Source of the DNA: an uncultured Methanosarcinales archaeon
GTDB taxonomy: Archaea > Nanobdellota > Nanobdellia > Woesearchaeales > JACJVV01
NCBI GenBank assembly: GCA_964581515.1
Contig: CAZOOV010000005.1
Span: 75,025-139,024, forward strand
Length of the DNA: 64,000 bases
Direction of reading: 5' to 3'
A program made the translations under genes and the position numbers. The notes below the pieces were generated by a model, which worked only from the letters and a program-made list of their open reading frames with translations, was not told the origin of the DNA and did no database searches. Numbering within the stretch: the stretch's first letter is position 1; each line of letters starts with the position of its first letter. Positions 9,655-18,668 of the stretch are shown one piece after another.

Positions 9655-9800
9655 AAAGGTGGACAGCGAACCTCAGTTCCCGTTCTTAAGAACAGTACAA
9701 TGAGAAACGAGGGATTGTTTTACTTCTGGGTTCGAAATGAGACCAGGTAGGACCAATCCTCTATGACCGTCCATATAGTAGGAGTCCGAGTCCCTTTTTA
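9655..9800. ncRNA. candidate structured non-coding RNA (class undetermined)
   Basis: ~145-nt intergenic patch of ~48% GC in a ~30% GC genome. Nested complementary segments: cctc...gagg, the perfect palindrome gttcttaagaac, ggattg...caatcc, tctgg...ccagg. I could not fold it into a tRNA cloverleaf and could not assign the strand. Confidence 0.3.
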
Positions 9801-9871
9801 AATGTTACGGTTTTTCAGTGAAAAAACAAGTTATATAAATACTGACTGTGTGCAAAATAATGGTGATTTAA

Positions 9872-10642
9872 ATGAAAGCAATAATACTGGCTGCAGGATA
9901 TGCAACAAGGCTATTTCCTTTAACTAAAGATTTTCCTAAACCATTGATTCCTATCGCAGGCAAACCTATGATTGATTATATTATCAAAAATATTGAAGAA
10001 ATAGGAATCAATGAAATTTTTGTGGTTACTAATAATAAATTCGCTAATGCTTTTGAAGAGTGGGTGCAGAAAAAACAAAGAAACAGCAAAATAGAGATAA
10101 TAAATGATGAAACTATGTCAAATGATGATAGATTAGGTGCTATAGGGGATATACAATTCGTTATTAAAAAGAAAAAAATAGAGGAGGATTTACTTATAAT
10201 AGGCGGCGACAATATGATTAAATTCTCCCTTAAAGAAGCATATGAACTATTCAAGCAAAAAAGAAAAAGCGTAGTAATAGGTTATGATGTAAAAGACAAA
10301 GAAAAAGCAAAAAGCTATGCAGTGCTTGAGATTGATGATAATAAAAAAGTATTGGAATTTGTTGAAAAACCGCAAAATCCAAAATCTACTTTCTGTGGAA
10401 TATGTGTTTATTTCTATCCAAAAGAAGTTTTAAAATTAATAGACCAATATCTTGAAGAAGGCAATATACCTGATGCCCCAGGTAACCTACCTGCATGGCT
10501 CATAACAAAAGATGAAGTATATGCTAAAACACATGATGAAAAATGGTATGATGTTGGTGGATTTGAAAGCCTTAAAGAAGCAAAAGAAGATTATGGCGAA
10601 GAAAACGTGGATATAGAAGAATTAAAGAAAGGAAATATTTGA
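9872..10642 (+). CDS. sugar-phosphate nucleotidyltransferase (glucose-1-phosphate thymidylyl/uridylyltransferase family)
   Basis: N-terminal signature KAIILAAGYATRLFPLT (GxGxRL of NTP-transferase fold); 256 aa. Confidence 0.7.
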   Translation: MKAIILAAGYATRLFPLTKDFPKPLIPIAGKPMIDYIIKNIEEIGINEIFVVTNNKFANAFEEWVQKKQRNSKIEIINDETMSNDDRLGAIGDIQFVIKKKKIEEDLLIIGGDNMIKFSLKEAYELFKQKRKSVVIGYDVKDKEKAKSYAVLEIDDNKKVLEFVEKPQNPKSTFCGICVYFYPKEVLKLIDQYLEEGNIPDAPGNLPAWLITKDEVYAKTHDEKWYDVGGFESLKEAKEDYGEENVDIEELKKGNI

Positions 10643-10669
10643 ATCATAGATAAATCATAAGAAAATTGC

Positions 10670-11107
10670 TTAACTCTCACTTGCCCAATAAGGTACACCT
10701 GCATTATCATAGATAGCATATGTCTTTTCAGGGAAGAAATATCTCTTAATTGGACCATTATCTGCGTTTTCTGATCTATAGCATTCTCTATGATATGATT
10801 CTGAATTGTAATTATCCCTCCTATTAAATCCTGATGATAATTTGATTGTCCTACAATTCTCTTCGCTTCTGGACTCAATCATTAGCTGCAATTGCGCTAT
10901 TGTATTATACTTTAGAGATGATGTAGAGATAGGAGTTATTTCTACTGTATCTTGTATTTTTGGTTTTATTTCAGAACCATGAGATACTGTGTATTTTGTA
11001 ACGAAATGGTTTGGATAGTGTTCATATATACTTGCAAATGCGATGTTTATTGAACATATTGCTAATAAAAGTAGAACTATTATCGCCTCTTTTTTCATAT
11101 CCATCAC
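10670..11107 (-). CDS. small secreted hypothetical protein
   Basis: 145 aa. N-terminal signal-peptide-like segment MKKEAIIVLLLLAICSINIAFA; no recognisable catalytic motifs. Confidence 0.4.
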   Translation of the reverse strand: MMDMKKEAIIVLLLLAICSINIAFASIYEHYPNHFVTKYTVSHGSEIKPKIQDTVEITPISTSSLKYNTIAQLQLMIESRSEENCRTIKLSSGFNRRDNYNSESYHRECYRSENADNGPIKRYFFPEKTYAIYDNAGVPYWASES

Positions 11108-11248
11108 CTCTTTAGTCTTTCTCTAGTTTATTCGTATATAAACTTTTGGTTGTCGTCCTGAGAGATGGACAAATACTCATTTAAAAGAAGTAAGGGATTT
11201 TACCAAACCATAAAACTTATATAAGCTAACAGACCACTCAAATCTACT

Positions 11249-11881
11249 ATGAGTGATGAGATTGAAAAAACAGATTCAGAAAGAATTGAAGAAGGACAAT
11301 TACTAGTAAGAACTATAATTGAAATGCTAGGTGGACCTAAGGAACATATAGAAGAGACTATGGAAGCATATGTAGAAGAGATGGGTAAGAATGCTGATTA
11401 TGAAATAGTCAAGAAATATATTTCTAAAGCAGAAGAACAAGAAGGAAGTGAAAAGCTAAAAGAATCTAAAGGAAAAAAATTATACTCTTTATATGTTGAG
11501 ATGGAAATCTGGTTTAAAAATGTTGATAAAATAATAGCATTTTGCTTTGATAGCCTACCTTCAAGCGTGGAAATACTTGAGCCTGAAACACTTACCATAA
11601 AAAATAATGAACTTTCTGGACTACTAAACGATCTTCAAGCAAAACTGCATAAATTAGATATGGCTTTAAAGACATATAAGACAGACACAAGAGCAGCTGC
11701 AATGATATTTCGAACACTTACAACAAACTTCATCAATTATTGCTTACAAACAGGAAAACAAACTCCAGAGGAAATCGCAGAGATTACAGGCATAGAAAAT
11801 GAGAAAGTAAAGAAGCTACTTGATGAACTCGCTGAAAAAAAGGTAATACATAAAAAGGACAATACCTATTCTCTTAAATAA
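11249..11881 (+). CDS. hypothetical protein with C-terminal winged-helix-like segment
   Basis: 210 aa, acidic N-terminus. C-terminal PEEIAEITGIENEKVKKLLDELAEKKVIHK resembles a wHTH. Directly upstream of the ScpB-like gene; no ScpA motifs seen. Confidence 0.35.
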   Translation: MSDEIEKTDSERIEEGQLLVRTIIEMLGGPKEHIEETMEAYVEEMGKNADYEIVKKYISKAEEQEGSEKLKESKGKKLYSLYVEMEIWFKNVDKIIAFCFDSLPSSVEILEPETLTIKNNELSGLLNDLQAKLHKLDMALKTYKTDTRAAAMIFRTLTTNFINYCLQTGKQTPEEIAEITGIENEKVKKLLDELAEKKVIHKKDNTYSLK

Positions 11882-11948
11882 GTTATAATGAGTAATATTA
11901 CCTGTTAAATAATAATAAATATAATTAATATAGGAGTCAAATCATAAG

Positions 11949-13631
11949 ATGGATGAAGCTTTAAGGAACAAAATTGAAGCGGTTCTTTTCTCTTTAGGCA
12001 AGAAAATACATATAGATGAAATACTACGTATGGTCAAAGAGAAAGATAAAAGCAAAGTAGTTGCTTGTCTTTTAGAACTAAAAAAAAGATATAATGATGA
12101 TGAAAACAAATCATTAATGATTCTCCAAGATGGAGATATATGGAAACTAACAATAAAGGATCAATACATAGATGTAGCTAAAGAGATAGGTATTGAGACT
12201 GAACTTACAAAGACGGTTATGGAAACACTAGCAGTTATCGCGTATAAAAATCCAGTTCTACAAAGTGATGTAATAAAAGTAAGAACCAATAAAGCGTATG
12301 ACCATCTAAAAGAACTTGAAGAGACAGGATATATACAAAGAGAAAGATATGGAAGAACTAGAAAAATCAAGCTTACACAGAAATTCTTTGATTATTTTGA
12401 CTTGCCACCTGATTCTTTAAAGGAGAAATTCAAGAATGTTGAAGATATGGAAAAAGTAATTGAAGATAAAGAAAAACAAATCCATGAAATTAATAACAAA
12501 AAAGCAGAGATGATAGAACAACAAAAGATGGACGAGAAAAAAGAAGAAAAAAGAAATGTCTTTATTGAAGGAAAAGGTGAAGTCAAGGAAATTATAGAAC
12601 ATAAAGACAATGGTCTTGAAGTAATTGAAGGAGAGAGATTAGGGGAATTAGATGTATTTGATGAAGAATCTCAAGAAGATAAAGAAGCAAAAGAAGAAGA
12701 GAAGAAAAAAGCAGAAAAAGAAAAGGAAAAAGAATTCCTTCAAGAAACTGGTGAAAAAGTAGGAGAATTTGATGTATATAAAGAACCTGAGAAATTCATT
12801 GAACCTGGACTAGAATATGAAAAAGATAAGAAAGATGAAGAACAAAAAGAAGAATTAGAGGACGAAAAAGAAGAATTGATGGAAAAAGATAAAATTGATC
12901 ATGATATGGACGCAATACAAAAAGAAGGGGGAGAAGAAGATTCTATTTCCGATATAATGGATATGAAAGATAAGATCAATCAAGAGAATAAGGAAGAAGA
13001 AAATAAAGAAATTGAAGAGAAGAAAGAAGGGGGAGAAGAAGGAAAAGAAGAAGATAGTAAAAGTGAAATTAAAGACGAGAAAAAAGAAAAAAATAAAGAA
13101 AGTGTGGAAAAATCAGAAGAAGGAATTGCTGATAATAATAATAATAATAATAATGAAGAAAAGGACAATACAACTGATGAGAAGAGCTCTGAGGGAGATA
13201 ATAACGAAAAGGATGAATCAATCCCTGAAGAGAAAAAAGAAGAAATTGAAGAGAAGAAAGAAGGGAAAGAAGAAGGAAAAGAAGAAGATAGTGAAAATAA
13301 AGAAGATGATATGTTTGGAAACAGAAATATGGACGGGGAGGGAAGTGAAGCAAATGATAAACTCCAGGCAGCAATAGAAGCAACCGATTTAGATAAAGAT
13401 AATGATGAAAATGATATGAAAGAAGATGATAGATTAAATGATGAAGAACTAGATTATACTGAAAAGGAAGAAGAGACTGAAGAAAATAAAGCAAAAGTTA
13501 AGTTAAAAGAAGAAGAATTGTTCAATATGAAAGGTATACCAAAAGAAGTAATGGAGAAAATTGAAGAAAAAGCAGGAGATATTGTAGGTGAAGAAGGTAA
13601 GCAAGAAGATAATGAAGAGCAAGATTTCTAA
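11949..13631 (+). CDS. scpB: ScpB-like segregation/condensation protein with ~350-aa hyper-charged E/K/D-rich C-terminal tail
   Basis: First ~190 aa match the tandem winged-helix ScpB pattern. [17 protein letters not shown] aligns with ScpB EALLF...; [25 protein letters not shown] aligns with [41 protein letters not shown] aligns with GRP.LYGTT..FLEYFGL. The rest is low-complexity (poly-Asn, EEK repeats). Confidence 0.7.
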   Translation: [560 protein letters not shown]

Positions 13632-13632
13632 A

Positions 13633-13803
13633 ATGGTTAAAACAAGTAGATATTTTCTTATCATGTGCAAGAAATGTGGAAACAGTATGAAATATATGAC
13701 ATATGATAAAATAGAGACTCTATCGAAAAAGACAAAACGCTGCGTATACTGTGGCTTTACTAATAACATAAAAAAGAGTCTTATTAGAGAGATTGATAAG
13801 TAA
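13633..13803 (+). CDS. small zinc-ribbon protein (CxxC...CxxC), 56 aa
   Basis: ATG 2 nt after the ScpB stop gives MVKTSRYFLIMCKKCGNSMKYMTYDKIETLSKKTKRCVYCGFTN... The ORF track extends it to 13588, overlapping ScpB. Resembles the N-terminal Zn ribbon of TFS/RpoM-type proteins but is too short to assign. Confidence 0.4.
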   Translation: MVKTSRYFLIMCKKCGNSMKYMTYDKIETLSKKTKRCVYCGFTNNIKKSLIREIDK

Positions 13804-13955
13804 TAACCATGCAATAATTGTTTTGAAAACCAAAATATATATAAAGGGCCCTGTATCCAAATTTTTAGACGAGAAACCCTTGTATTTAGAGGGGTAAAAA
13901 TAGACCGATTTTATGCTTATTTTTTAAGACGAAAGATAATAAAATACCGTGAAAA

Positions 13956-16547
13956 ATGACTGAAACTACTGATCAAAACGATGATAAAATAGAAGAAAAT
14001 ATGAATATACTTCCTAAAGAGATAGAAGATGATATGAAGGAATCATATCTAAGTTATGCTATGTCTTCTATTGTTGGAAGAGCCATCCCGGATGTAAGGG
14101 ATGGACTCAAACCAGTACATAGGAGGATATTATATGCTATGTATGATATGGGTCTTGTTCATAATAAACCATTCAAGAAGTCAGCTAGACTTGTTGGAGA
14201 AGTACTTGGTAAATATCACCCACATGGAGATTCTGCAGTTTATGATTCAGCAGTCAGAATGGTACAAGATTTCTCATTAAGATACCCTTTAATTCAAGGA
14301 CAAGGTAATTTTGGAAGTATTGATGGTGATAATGCAGCTGCAATGCGTTATACTGAGTCCAGAATGAAAAAAGAAGGAGAAGAGATACTTATTGATATTG
14401 AGAAAGAAACAGTTGATTTTAGAGATAATTTTGATGCAAGCCTAAAAGAACCAATAGTTTTGCCTTCAAGAATTCCTAATTTATTAATCAATGGAAGTAC
14501 AGGTATTGCAGTAGGCATGGCTACAAATATACCCCCGCATAACATTCGTGAAATATGTAAAGCAGCTATACATGTAATACAAAAACCAGATACTGATGCA
14601 AATGAATTGATGGAAATTGTAACTGGACCTGATTTTCCAACAGGAGGAAGTATACTTGGAACTTCTGGAATAAAAAGTGCGTATCATTACGGGCGAGGTA
14701 AGATAAAAGTAAGAGCTAAAGCTGAAATTGAAGAAATGAAGAAAGGGAAGGCAATAATAATCAAAGAAATACCATATCAAGTCAATAAATCATTACTATT
14801 AGAACAAATTGCAAACCTTGTCAAAGATAAGAAAGTCATAGGGATAGATGATTTAAGAGATGAATCCGACAGGAAAGGTATGCGTATAGTAATAAAATTA
14901 AAAAAAGATGTTAGTGATGAAGTTATACTTAATCAACTCTATAAATATACAAATTTACAAGTCACATTTGGAATAATTAATTTGGCAATAGTCAATAGAG
15001 AACCAAAAGTGCTTAGCCTCAAAGCAATGTTGAGCTATTATATAAAGCATAGAAAAGAAGTTGTAACAAGAAAAACAGAGTATGATCTTAAAAAAGCAGA
15101 AGAAAAATCACATATTCTTGAAGGGCTTGTAATTGCATTGAATGATATCGATGCTGCAATTGCATTAATAAAGAAAGCAAAATCCACACAAGAAGCACGT
15201 GAAGGATTAATGCAGAAATATGAATTATCTGAAAAACAATCAAGTGCAATACTTGATATGAAATTACAGCGTTTAACTGCGCTTGAACAAGAAAAGATCA
15301 AGGAAGAACTGAAAAAACTCAAGAATCTAATTGAAGATCTAAAATCAATATTGGCAAGTGAACAAAAAGTACTAGATATAATAATAAAAGAACTTGAAGA
15401 AGTAATGCATAAATATGGTGATGAAAGGAGAACTGAAATTTTGCATGGTAAGGACTTTGAAGAAGATATCGATATAGAAGATCTAATTGATAGTGAAGAG
15501 ATGGTAATAACAATAACAAACTCAGGATATATCAAAAGAATCTCTCTTGACACCTATAAACAGCAAAAGAGAGGTGGAAAAGGGATAATTGCAACAGGAA
15601 CAAAAGCTGAGGATGAAGTTAAAGACATATTTGTCGCTAATACCCATGACCACATATTATTCTTTACAGACAAAGGCATTGTCCAATGGAAGAAAGTCTA
15701 TCAAATACCTGAAGCATCAAGACAAGCAAAAGGTACTGCAATAGTCAATCTTTTACAGATGCAAAAAGAAACAAAAGTCAGTGCATATATGCCTATAAGC
15801 AAGTTTGATAATGAACATTATCTTGTCATGACTACAAAAAAAGGAATAGTAAAGAAAACTAATTTAGAATCATATTCCAAACCAAGGAAAGGTGGAATCA
15901 TAGCCATCAATCTTACAGAAGGAGATGAACTAATAGATGTATTATTGACTGATGGAAATAAGCAGATATTAATAGCAACAAAAAAAGGGATGGCTGTCAA
16001 ATTCAATGAAAAAGATGTCAGGGCAGTAGGAAGAAACTCCATTGGTGTTAAAGGAATAAAACTAAAAGGAGATGATAATGTAATCGGTGCAGTTATTGCG
16101 CCAGACCACCTATCATTACTTACAATAACAGAGAATGGTTATGGAAAAAGAACAAGAATAAAAGACTATAGGTTAATTAATCGTGGTGGATCAGGAGTCA
16201 TCAATATCATAACTAATGAGAGAAACGCAGGAGTTGTTTCAATCAAAGCAGTAGAAGATGAACATGATATACTATTCATTTCTAAGAAAGGTATAGCTAT
16301 GAGAACATCTGCCAAAGGAATCTCAGTGATAGGAAGGAACACACAAGGAATGAGACTAATGCGGTTAAAAGATGATGATAAAGTAGTCGGAACCACAAAA
16401 ATAATGAATGAACAAGAAGAAGAAAAAGCAATTGAACAAGGAGAGCAACAAAAAGAAGAGATAAAAGAAGCAATGGAAGATAAACTTGAACAAGAAAATG
16501 TTGATTTAGTCAAAGACATGGATTTTGTGGATAAAGACGAAGAATGA
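13956..16547 (+). CDS. gyrA: DNA gyrase subunit A
   Basis: 863 aa. Canonical GyrA N-terminus ([29 protein letters not shown]), active-site region AAMRYTE with the catalytic Tyr, and C-terminal beta-pinwheel repeats. No gyrB in the window. Confidence 0.9.
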   Translation: MTETTDQNDDKIEENMNILPKEIEDDMKESYLSYAMSSIVGRAIPDVRDGLKPVHRRILYAMYDMGLVHNKPFKKSARLVGEVLGKYHPHGDSAVYDSAVRMVQDFSLRYPLIQGQGNFGSIDGDNAAAMRYTESRMKKEGEEILIDIEKETVDFRDNFDASLKEPIVLPSRIPNLLINGSTGIAVGMATNIPPHNIREICKAAIHVIQKPDTDANELMEIVTGPDFPTGGSILGTSGIKSAYHYGRGKIKVRAKAEIEEMKKGKAIIIKEIPYQVNKSLLLEQIANLVKDKKVIGIDDLRDESDRKGMRIVIKLKKDVSDEVILNQLYKYTNLQVTFGIINLAIVNREPKVLSLKAMLSYYIKHRKEVVTRKTEYDLKKAEEKSHILEGLVIALNDIDAAIALIKKAKSTQEAREGLMQKYELSEKQSSAILDMKLQRLTALEQEKIKEELKKLKNLIEDLKSILASEQKVLDIIIKELEEVMHKYGDERRTEILHGKDFEEDIDIEDLIDSEEMVITITNSGYIKRISLDTYKQQKRGGKGIIATGTKAEDEVKDIFVANTHDHILFFTDKGIVQWKKVYQIPEASRQAKGTAIVNLLQMQKETKVSAYMPISKFDNEHYLVMTTKKGIVKKTNLESYSKPRKGGIIAINLTEGDELIDVLLTDGNKQILIATKKGMAVKFNEKDVRAVGRNSIGVKGIKLKGDDNVIGAVIAPDHLSLLTITENGYGKRTRIKDYRLINRGGSGVINIITNERNAGVVSIKAVEDEHDILFISKKGIAMRTSAKGISVIGRNTQGMRLMRLKDDDKVVGTTKIMNEQEEEKAIEQGEQQKEEIKEAMEDKLEQENVDLVKDMDFVDKDEE

Positions 16548-17518
16548 AAAAAATACTAATTACGGGCGGGGCAGGATTTATCGGTAGTCATTTAGCCCGA
16601 AAATTGTTAGAACAAGGAAATGAAGTAACTATAATAGATAACTTGTTTACAGGAAACAAGTCAAATATTTATGACCTTCTTGATAATCCAAAATGTACTT
16701 TTTTGCTTAATGACATAACACAACCTTTCTGGGGACAATTCGATGAGATATATAATCTAGCATGTCCAGCATCCCCTATTCATTATCAAAAAAATCCTGT
16801 TGAAACAACCAAAGTTTCTGTTCTTGGCATAATAAATGTTCTTGATATTGCACTCAAAACAAAAGCAAAAGTTCTTCATACGTCAACATCTGAAACATAT
16901 GGGGATCCATTAGAACATCCTCAAAAAGAGACTTATTGGGGAAATGTGAATACAATAGGAACAAGAAGCTGTTATGATGAAGGTAAAAGAGCGGCAGAAA
17001 CACTCTGTTCAGATTATGCAAGAGAATATAATGTCGATGTAAGAATCGTTAGAATATTCAATACCTATGGGCCTAATATGCACCCCAAGGATGGTAGAGT
17101 AATAAGCAATTTCATAATGCAAGCATTAGCTAATAAAGACATCACAATTTATGGAGATGGAAAACAAACACGAAGTTTCCAATTCGTAGATAATTTAGTT
17201 GATGCAATGATAAAATACATGGAAATGCCAAAAAATACACTTCTTAACAAGTTTAAAGAAAATGGATGGGAAAATATGCCTGTAATAAATACAGGTAATC
17301 CTAACGAGTTTACAATACTAGAACTAGCAGAGAAAATCTTAGAATTCATTCCTGAGAGCAAGAGCAAAATAATATTTACTGAGTTACCAAAAGATGACCC
17401 TAAACAAAGACAGCCAGATATTACCTTGGCTAAGGCTATTTTAGATTTTAATCCAAATATTGAACTAGAAGAAGGTCTTAAAAAAACTATTGAGTATTTC
17501 AGAAGGATTAAAAAATGA
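16544..17518 (+). CDS. NAD-dependent epimerase/dehydratase, UDP-glucuronate decarboxylase (UXS)-like
   Basis: 324 aa. [11 protein letters not shown] Rossmann motif, catalytic YDEGKR (YxxxK). 4-nt ATGA overlap with the gyrA stop. Confidence 0.8.
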   Translation: MKKILITGGAGFIGSHLARKLLEQGNEVTIIDNLFTGNKSNIYDLLDNPKCTFLLNDITQPFWGQFDEIYNLACPASPIHYQKNPVETTKVSVLGIINVLDIALKTKAKVLHTSTSETYGDPLEHPQKETYWGNVNTIGTRSCYDEGKRAAETLCSDYAREYNVDVRIVRIFNTYGPNMHPKDGRVISNFIMQALANKDITIYGDGKQTRSFQFVDNLVDAMIKYMEMPKNTLLNKFKENGWENMPVINTGNPNEFTILELAEKILEFIPESKSKIIFTELPKDDPKQRQPDITLAKAILDFNPNIELEEGLKKTIEYFRRIKK

Positions 17519-18603
17519 AATGTATAGTATTCTGCCCTATTGGAATGGAAGATATTCTTAAGAAAGATATTAAAGAACTATTGGGAAAAGATTGTATCCA
17601 AAATAAGGGCTGTTGCATATTTGATGGAAACGAAAAAGAAATCTCTAAATTCTGCTACAAATGTCAAAGTATTGAAAGTGCAGGCTTATTATTAGATGAA
17701 GGAGAGATGAAAGATGATTTCTCAGTCATCAACATTGATGAAATTAAAGAGGATATGATAAATAATGTATTTTCCTTAGATTCTTCAATAATAGGTGATA
17801 AACCCTTCAAAAGCAATGATATAGTATCAGATGTTTCACAAAAGATAATGCAAAAGACAAAGAAAAAAGCAACATATAAATCAGCTGATATCGGATTTTT
17901 TGTACAAATAATAGACGATAAATATTACCTTTATATCAATCTTGCATCTAAGGAACTCGGAAAAAGAGATCATAAAGTATTTGTCAATAAGACCTCATTA
18001 CGAGGACCTATAGCGTACGGCGTATTTCGAATATCTGAGGCTGGATATGATGATGAGATCCTTGATTGTTTCTGTAGAAGCGGAGAGATTGGGATAGAAG
18101 CAGTGCATTATTTTTCTGGAAAATCATTGAACTTCTATGCAAAAGATAAATTTGTATTTGATAAATTAGGGTGGAAAGTAAAACTGGATGAATTTGATAC
18201 CGCTATAGATAAAGAATTCAATGTAAACTGCATAGATTCTGCAGCACCTAATGTTAAAGCAGCAGAAAAGAATGCGAAGATTGCAGGAGTCAATAAAATA
18301 ATTAAATTCTCCAGGATTGTCATAGAAGATCTTGATCTTAAATTCAGAAATGAAATTGATAAAATTGTCACACAATTACCTGCAATAGGCAAAGAAAGCG
18401 AAAATAGAGTGATGAAGACATATAGAGATTTCTTTGAGATATGTGAAAAAGTCATGAAAAAAGAAGGAACCATAACCTGTATTGGACTGAATATTGATCC
18501 TGCTGTTGAAATAGCAAAACAAAATGGTTATGTGCTAAAACATGAAAGAATAATTATGCAGGGAAAAGAAGAGTTGAAATTATTTATATTTGCTAAGAAA
18601 TAG
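17515..18603 (+). CDS. THUMP-domain putative RNA (tRNA) methyltransferase, Trm14/Trm11-like; catalytic motif IV degenerate
   Basis: 362 aa. N-terminal [24 protein letters not shown] is typical of the THUMP/UPF0020 family. SAM motif [14 protein letters not shown] (cf. DPFCGSGT). The NPPY position reads TQLPAIG. ATGA overlap with the upstream gene. Confidence 0.55.
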   Translation: MKCIVFCPIGMEDILKKDIKELLGKDCIQNKGCCIFDGNEKEISKFCYKCQSIESAGLLLDEGEMKDDFSVINIDEIKEDMINNVFSLDSSIIGDKPFKSNDIVSDVSQKIMQKTKKKATYKSADIGFFVQIIDDKYYLYINLASKELGKRDHKVFVNKTSLRGPIAYGVFRISEAGYDDEILDCFCRSGEIGIEAVHYFSGKSLNFYAKDKFVFDKLGWKVKLDEFDTAIDKEFNVNCIDSAAPNVKAAEKNAKIAGVNKIIKFSRIVIEDLDLKFRNEIDKIVTQLPAIGKESENRVMKTYRDFFEICEKVMKKEGTITCIGLNIDPAVEIAKQNGYVLKHERIIMQGKEELKLFIFAKK

Positions 18604-18668
18604 AATATTAATAAAAAATAGAGTAATTCTTGTATGTTTTAGAGGTCAATAATTGATATAAAGCCCAG

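Noticed and set aside
9655-9800. tRNA (possibly intron-containing) in the GC-rich patch
   Set aside because: A GTTCGAAAT T-loop-like string is present but flanking bases do not form a T-stem. No acceptor-stem pairing ending in a discriminator/CCA on either strand. Kept only as an unclassified ncRNA candidate.
11249-11881. Calling the ORF upstream of scpB as ScpA (kleisin)
   Set aside because: N-terminal ScpA signature (PLDLLL...DI..I) not present; only a generic C-terminal wHTH-like segment. Left as hypothetical.
12161-13494. Multiple antisense and alternative-frame ORFs inside scpB (12161-12370-, 12392-12610-, 12417-12602-, 12980-13168-, 13012-13377+, 13069-13494-)
   Set aside because: Artefacts of the low-complexity GAA/AAG-rich sequence encoding the charged ScpB tail; their proteins are poly-S/L/F/K homopolymer-like.
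12480-13630. Possible CRISPR or tandem-repeat array suggested by the repetitive purine-rich DNA
   Set aside because: The repeats are irregular and entirely inside a continuous reading frame; no repeat-spacer periodicity and no cas genes.
14348-16519. Several minus-strand ORFs inside gyrA (14348-14545, 14484-14780, 15038-15553, 15319-15519, 15818-16042, 16166-16519)
   Set aside because: Shadow ORFs antisense to gyrA; low-complexity S/I/F-rich products.
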